A stretch of DNA of 62,934 bases, the filler included. It is 6 parts of 6 records of this genome, joined end to end, with 100 filler letters (N's around TTAATTAATTAA, not from the genome) between each part and the next. Parts side by side here need not be neighbours in the genome. Positions count along the whole stretch, not along the records: positions 57,755 to 62,934 come from SRR20825010_2681; 5 more parts are not named here. One strand, written 5' to 3'. Below, one piece after another: positions 58,546 to 62,934 of the stretch. The notes beneath the pieces were generated by a model that was given only the letters and a program-made list of their open reading frames with translations, had not been told where the DNA came from and ran no database searches. A program made the translations under genes and the position numbers. Each line of letters begins with the position of its first letter. Positions within the stretch are counted from its first letter, which is position 1.

Positions 58546-59212
58546 ATCCGCCCCGCGCCGGTGGCATCAGAACCCGCTCGCGCCTGCAATCCTTTCGATT
58601 GACAGCCTCGCAGGACCGGAACTCCAGGTCCCTGGTCATGCAGATGCGCACTTCGCGCAGATAGCGCTTGTCGCAGGTGACGGCGATGGCGTCTTTCTTC
58701 AGGCCGGGATTGGCTTCTAGAAATGCTTCTTCGACGTGCTTGGGCGAAACCATTTCCGGTTTCGAGAGCCTTTGAAACTCGGGAGGTGTTTCCACACGCT
58801 CCCGCGCCTTGCGGGAGAGGCTGAAGTAATCCTCCTGAGCGAACCCCGTGCACATTCCGTGCTTGCGCCATTGATGTCCCATCAGGCCGGCTGAGGGCAT
58901 GATATCGCGGAATTGTTCCACCAGCGCATTTGGAACGCGCTGCGGGCGCTTGGATTGGCAATATTCCGGGTAGCTTCTCTCATATTGCGGCCAGAGCCCG
59001 TGGACCACAAAGGCATAGGGCCGCTCGCGTCCGCATTGCTGCCGGTTGGCCTCCGCGCCCTCGGCGGCGCAGTAGCTGGGCGACCAGCTTAGCGACAGCA
59101 CATAGAAATCGAACGCACCCGCCTGCGCACCGCGCTCGCCGGCAATCGCCGGGGCAGGGAATGTCACAAGACATGCCAGAAGGGCGGCGGAAAGCCGCTT
59201 TGCGATACGCAT
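58544..59212 (-). CDS. Exported ribonuclease T2 family protein
   Basis: FDFYVLSLSWSP, VHGLWPQ (CAS I), HQWRKHGMC (CAS II), EVRIC. Confidence 0.92.
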   Translation of the reverse strand: MRIAKRLSAALLACLVTFPAPAIAGERGAQAGAFDFYVLSLSWSPSYCAAEGAEANRQQCGRERPYAFVVHGLWPQYERSYPEYCQSKRPQRVPNALVEQFRDIMPSAGLMGHQWRKHGMCTGFAQEDYFSLSRKARERVETPPEFQRLSKPEMVSPKHVEEAFLEANPGLKKDAIAVTCDKRYLREVRICMTRDLEFRSCEAVNRKDCRRERVLMPPARGG

Positions 59213-59235
59213 GGTCCGCCCCGCAATCGCGTCGT

Positions 59236-59661
59236 CTATCGCAGCACGCGGCAGTGGCCGTCATAGACGTTCCAGCGGTCGAAGCCGGAAACGCAGAACT
59301 CGACATTGTTGCCGACACCGGCAAAGCCCTGGCCATATTCGATCAGATACCAGATCGTCCGGTCGCGCCCATCGGAGAGGCGCGCGGTGGCGCGGCAATA
59401 ATGCCGCTCGATCGGGCTGTCATAGGAGGACGGGCTGTAGCGTGTCTGGTAGGACCCGTAGAAATCGACGATGTCGACGTCGGGCAGGTTCGGCACATGG
59501 GTAGCCTGATAGCGGAAGCGCTTCTGAATAGTCGAGTGAACACGCGCATCCGCGCAGACATCGTCCACCGCGCCATAAACGCCGACCGGATCGGCTGCCA
59601 TCGCCTGCATCGATAGGAATGATGCGGTGAGGCCGGCTGCAAGAGCCAAAAAGCGCGCCAT
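59236..59661 (-). CDS. Exported hypothetical protein with four cysteines
   Basis: GGAG RBS before ATG 59661, signal peptide, RHYCRATA...EFCVSGFDRWNVYDGHC. Confidence 0.75.
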   Translation of the reverse strand: MARFLALAAGLTASFLSMQAMAADPVGVYGAVDDVCADARVHSTIQKRFRYQATHVPNLPDVDIVDFYGSYQTRYSPSSYDSPIERHYCRATARLSDGRDRTIWYLIEYGQGFAGVGNNVEFCVSGFDRWNVYDGHCRVLR

Positions 59662-59740
59662 GTGTCTGTCTCCAGGATTGTTGCGGTGCGGTCGGTTGAA
59701 GTTTTGCGCCAGTGCGCGGTTTGGGTCAAGCATGGTCACG

Positions 59741-60589
59741 CTATTCTACCGTAAGCCTTTCGAGTGCCCAGCGGCCCTTGCCCTCTTCGCCCAGAATGTC
59801 TGCAAGTGCCGGAAGCAGCGTCTCCATCTCCTCACGCAGCACGAAAGGCGGGTTGACCACGATCATGCCGGTCCCGTCGAGGCGCGGTTCATCGGAGGGC
59901 GGGCGCAACTCGAGACGGATGTCGATCACATCGGCAATACCGCTTTCGGTAAGGCGTATGCGGAAAGCCTGAACCGCGTCATGGTTCTTGATCGGGTACC
60001 AGACCGCATAGATGCCGCCCGGCCAGCGCCGGTGTGCCTTTTCGAGTTTCGTGACAATTCGCCCGAACTCGTCCTCCTCCTCGAAGGGCGGGTCGATCAG
60101 CACCAGTCCACGCTTTTCTTTCGGCGGCAGATGCGCGCCCAGCGCCAGCCAGCCATCAAGTTCGATCACCCGTGTCTGGAAATCGCCGGCAAAAACTACC
60201 TTCAGCCGCGCAGCATCCTGTGGGTGCAGTTCGATGGCGGTCAGACGATCCTGCTTGCGCAGAAGATGGCGCACGAGGCGCGGCGAGCCGGGATAGTGCA
60301 GGATATCCGCACCCTGATTCTCCTTATGAACCGCTTCCAGCAAGGGATTCAAAAGGTTCGATGTTTTCTCATTGAGGGAAGCCTCGACCAGTCGGCCGAT
60401 CCCGTCGCGCCATTCGCCGGTTTTCTGCGCCTCTTCCGAACTCAGGTCGTAGAGGCCGATACCCGCATGCGTGTCGATCACGCGGAAAGCCTTGTCCTTG
60501 CGCTTCAGATATTCGACGATGCGCGCCAGAATGGCGTGCTTGACCACATCGGCGAAGTTTCCGGCATGATAGGCGTGGCGATAGTTCAT
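59741..60589 (-). CDS. rlmJ: 23S rRNA m6A2030 methyltransferase
   Basis: MNYRHAYHAGNFADVVKH, DTHAGIG, YPGSP, LIDPPFE, VWYPIK, VNPP. Confidence 0.95.
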   Translation of the reverse strand: MNYRHAYHAGNFADVVKHAILARIVEYLKRKDKAFRVIDTHAGIGLYDLSSEEAQKTGEWRDGIGRLVEASLNEKTSNLLNPLLEAVHKENQGADILHYPGSPRLVRHLLRKQDRLTAIELHPQDAARLKVVFAGDFQTRVIELDGWLALGAHLPPKEKRGLVLIDPPFEEEDEFGRIVTKLEKAHRRWPGGIYAVWYPIKNHDAVQAFRIRLTESGIADVIDIRLELRPPSDEPRLDGTGMIVVNPPFVLREEMETLLPALADILGEEGKGRWALERLTVE

Positions 60590-60673
60590 GTTTCCAACTT
60601 CAGTGAGGCCTGCGCGTGATTTTCTGTTCATTGGCTCTACGCGTCCGTACAGAAAATCGCTAGTGTTCCTGCC

Positions 60674-62776
60674 ATGAACACACACGCAAACATCCATATC
60701 GGCCATTCGGCCTGTCCGCATGACTGCCCGTCGACCTGTGCGCTTGATGTCGAGGTGAAGGACGGGCGCATTGGCCGCGTCCATGGAGCCAGGGACAACA
60801 GCTATACCGCCGGCGTGATCTGCGCCAAGGTTGCCCGCTACGCGGAACGCATTCACCACCCCGACCGTCTGCTGAAGCCGCTGGTCCGTTCCGGCGCGAA
60901 AGGTGAGGGGCAGTGGAAGGAGGCGAGCTGGGAGGCCGCGCTCGACCGTGTTGCCGAAGCCTTGCTGAAGGCGGAGGAAAAACACGGGAGCGAGACGGTC
61001 TGGCCCTATTACTATGCCGGCACGATGGGACTTGTGCAGCGCGATTCCATAGACCGCCTGCGACACGCCAAACGCTATTCCGGCTTTTTTGGCACGGTCT
61101 GCACCAATGCGGCCTGGACCGGCTTTGTCATGGGTGCGGGTGACCTGCGCGGGCCCGATCCACGCGAAATGGCCAAGTCCGACTGTGTGGTGATCTGGGG
61201 CACCAACGCCGTTGCGACCCAGGTCAATGTGATGACGCATGCGATCAAGGCGCGCAAGGAGCGCGGTGCGAAGATCATTGTCATCGACGTCTACGACAAT
61301 GCGACCATGAAACAGGCCGATCTCGGCCTCGTTCTGAAGCCTGGCACGGATGCGGCCCTTGCCTGCGCGGTCATGCATGTCCTTTTCCGCGATGGTCTGG
61401 CTGACTGGGCATTTCTCGACAAATACACGGACGATCCGAAGGGGCTCGAAGCGCATCTGAAGACACGCACGCCCGAATGGGCCTCTGCCATCACGGGGCT
61501 TTCGGTCGACGAAATCGAGACATTTGCAAAGCTGGTCGGTGAGACCAAGCGCACTTTCTTCCGGCTGGGCTACGGATTTACGCGCAATCGCAATGGCGTC
61601 GTGAACATGCATGCCGCCCTTTCCATCGCTGCAGTCACCGGCTGCTGGCAATATGAGGGTGGAGGTGCGTTTCATTCCAATTCCGGTATCTTCCGCCTCG
61701 ACAAGTCGCAGATCGAGGGCAGTGCGCTGCGCGATCCTTCGATCCGATCGCTCGATCAGGCCCAGATCGGGCGCATCCTGACCAATGATGCTGAGGCACT
61801 GCATGGGGGGGCACCCGTCACCGCACTTCTGATCCAGAACACCAATCCGGCCAACATCGCTCCGGAACAGCGGCTGGTGAAAAAGGGTTTTCTGCGCGAG
61901 GACCTTTTCACCTGCGTGCACGAGCAGTTCATGACCGACACGGCGAAGCTTGCCGATGTGGTTCTGCCGGCGACGATGTTCCTCGAGCATGACGATATTT
62001 ATCGCGGCGGCGGTCACCAGCACATCATTCTCGGCCCCAAGCTCGTGGATGCGCCCGGGGAGGCACGCGAAAACCTGTTCGTGATCGAGGAGCTTGCGAA
62101 ACGTCTTGGTGTCGCTGACCAGCCGGGCTTCGGGCTTACGGCGCGCGAGCATGTCGAGTTCATGCTGGAGAAGCGTGGGCTCGGCACGTTCGAAAGCTTC
62201 AGGGCCGATCGCTGGGCCGATGTGCAGCCGGATTTCGACACCGCTCATTTCGTCAAGGGATTCGGTCATCCCGACGGCAAATACCGGTTCCGGCCAGACT
62301 GGACCGGAACGCCAGCGCCAAACCGTCCGCCGCCCTCCATCGGCTTGCAGGGACCGCACACACGCATGCCGGAGTTCCCCGACCACATGGACTTCATCGA
62401 GGTTGCGGATCCGGACCATCCGTATCGGCTGGCGACCTCGCCGGCACGCACCTTCCTGAATTCGAGTTTCACCGAAACACCTGGGTCGGTGAAGCGGGAA
62501 GGGCGGCCCGAACTGTTGCTGCATCCCGACGATGCGGCAGAGCTGGGACTTCAAAACGGCGATCGCGTTGAAATCGGCAATCAGCGTGGCGAGGTGATCC
62601 TGCACGTAAAGCTCTTCGACGGTGTGCGGCGCGGCGTGGTGATTGCCGAGGGCATCTGGCCGAACAGCGCGCATGAGCGGGGTGAGGGCATCAATGTATT
62701 GACTGGCGCCGATTCCATCGCGCCATATGGCGGCGCGGCGTTCCACGATACGAAGGTGTGGGTGCGGGCTGTGTGA
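60674..62776 (+). CDS. Molybdopterin (bis-MGD) oxidoreductase, DMSO-reductase superfamily, cytoplasmic
   Basis: CPHDCPSTC...C Fe-S motif, SWEAALD, IWGTN, PGTDAALA, TDTAKLADVVLPA, LHPDDA. No Tat signal. Confidence 0.92.
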   Translation: MNTHANIHIGHSACPHDCPSTCALDVEVKDGRIGRVHGARDNSYTAGVICAKVARYAERIHHPDRLLKPLVRSGAKGEGQWKEASWEAALDRVAEALLKAEEKHGSETVWPYYYAGTMGLVQRDSIDRLRHAKRYSGFFGTVCTNAAWTGFVMGAGDLRGPDPREMAKSDCVVIWGTNAVATQVNVMTHAIKARKERGAKIIVIDVYDNATMKQADLGLVLKPGTDAALACAVMHVLFRDGLADWAFLDKYTDDPKGLEAHLKTRTPEWASAITGLSVDEIETFAKLVGETKRTFFRLGYGFTRNRNGVVNMHAALSIAAVTGCWQYEGGGAFHSNSGIFRLDKSQIEGSALRDPSIRSLDQAQIGRILTNDAEALHGGAPVTALLIQNTNPANIAPEQRLVKKGFLREDLFTCVHEQFMTDTAKLADVVLPATMFLEHDDIYRGGGHQHIILGPKLVDAPGEARENLFVIEELAKRLGVADQPGFGLTAREHVEFMLEKRGLGTFESFRADRWADVQPDFDTAHFVKGFGHPDGKYRFRPDWTGTPAPNRPPPSIGLQGPHTRMPEFPDHMDFIEVADPDHPYRLATSPARTFLNSSFTETPGSVKREGRPELLLHPDDAAELGLQNGDRVEIGNQRGEVILHVKLFDGVRRGVVIAEGIWPNSAHERGEGINVLTGADSIAPYGGAAFHDTKVWVRAV

Positions 62777-62934
62777 GGACCAGGCCGTGCGCTCGCGCAT
62801 TCTGCTAATGGGTTCCGAATAGCCTGCGGCTTCCGGGATGACGGGGCATTGCAAGACAGGCTCCATCGTTGCCGCGCGGGGTTTTCCGCCGGGGTTTGCC
62901 ATCAGTTCGGGAAACGGGGCGCGTTTTTCGTGCC

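Noticed and set aside
59741-62902. 1053-aa minus-strand ORF that looks like a giant RlmJ fusion overlapping the molybdoenzyme
   Set aside because: Only 59741-60589 has RlmJ motifs. The extension is in exact codon register antisense to the molybdoenzyme gene (offset 933, divisible by 3), the usual stop-free shadow frame of GC-rich genes, and has no recognisable motifs.

Overview
This window is not one locus. It is six unrelated contigs joined by N-runs carrying an artificial TTAATTAATTAA six-frame-stop linker. (1) 1-17910: AT-rich Flavobacteriaceae-like DNA. An accessory run of mostly co-oriented small genes is separated by degenerate AAC...GTT inverted-repeat sites that look like attC/gene-cassette boundaries. 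It is followed by a core block with sulfonolipid (capnine) genes, oligopeptidase B and the start of ebfC. (2) 18011-23942: alphaproteobacterial tim44-fxsA-secB-dnaQ-coaE-aroE-maf-PDK regulator and hemE, with the probable chromosomal oriC between the last two. (3) 24043-31282: Rhizobiales-like polyol catabolic cluster with two DeoR regulators, then cysZ-like and dat. (4) 31383-52087: Marinobacter-like gammaproteobacterial DNA with acnA, three tandem histidine kinases divergent from an Hpt-REC-GGDEF / REC-HDOD / REC operon, then HD-GYP, tatD, dadA, OmpA and a UvrD helicase. (5) 52188-57654: alphaproteobacterial tRNA-Gly fragment, ProX, cnoX operon, ubiquinone hydroxylase and glnK-amtB with an NtrC/sigma54 promoter. 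(6) 57755-62934: Rhizobiales-like omp25, RNase T2, rlmJ and a molybdopterin oxidoreductase. Taxonomic labels are inferred from GC content and gene content only. The strongest candidates for something new are the flavobacterial integron-like cassette array, a Fur-regulated dithiol oxidase/methyltransferase module inside it, and the three-kinase phosphorelay feeding c-di-GMP.
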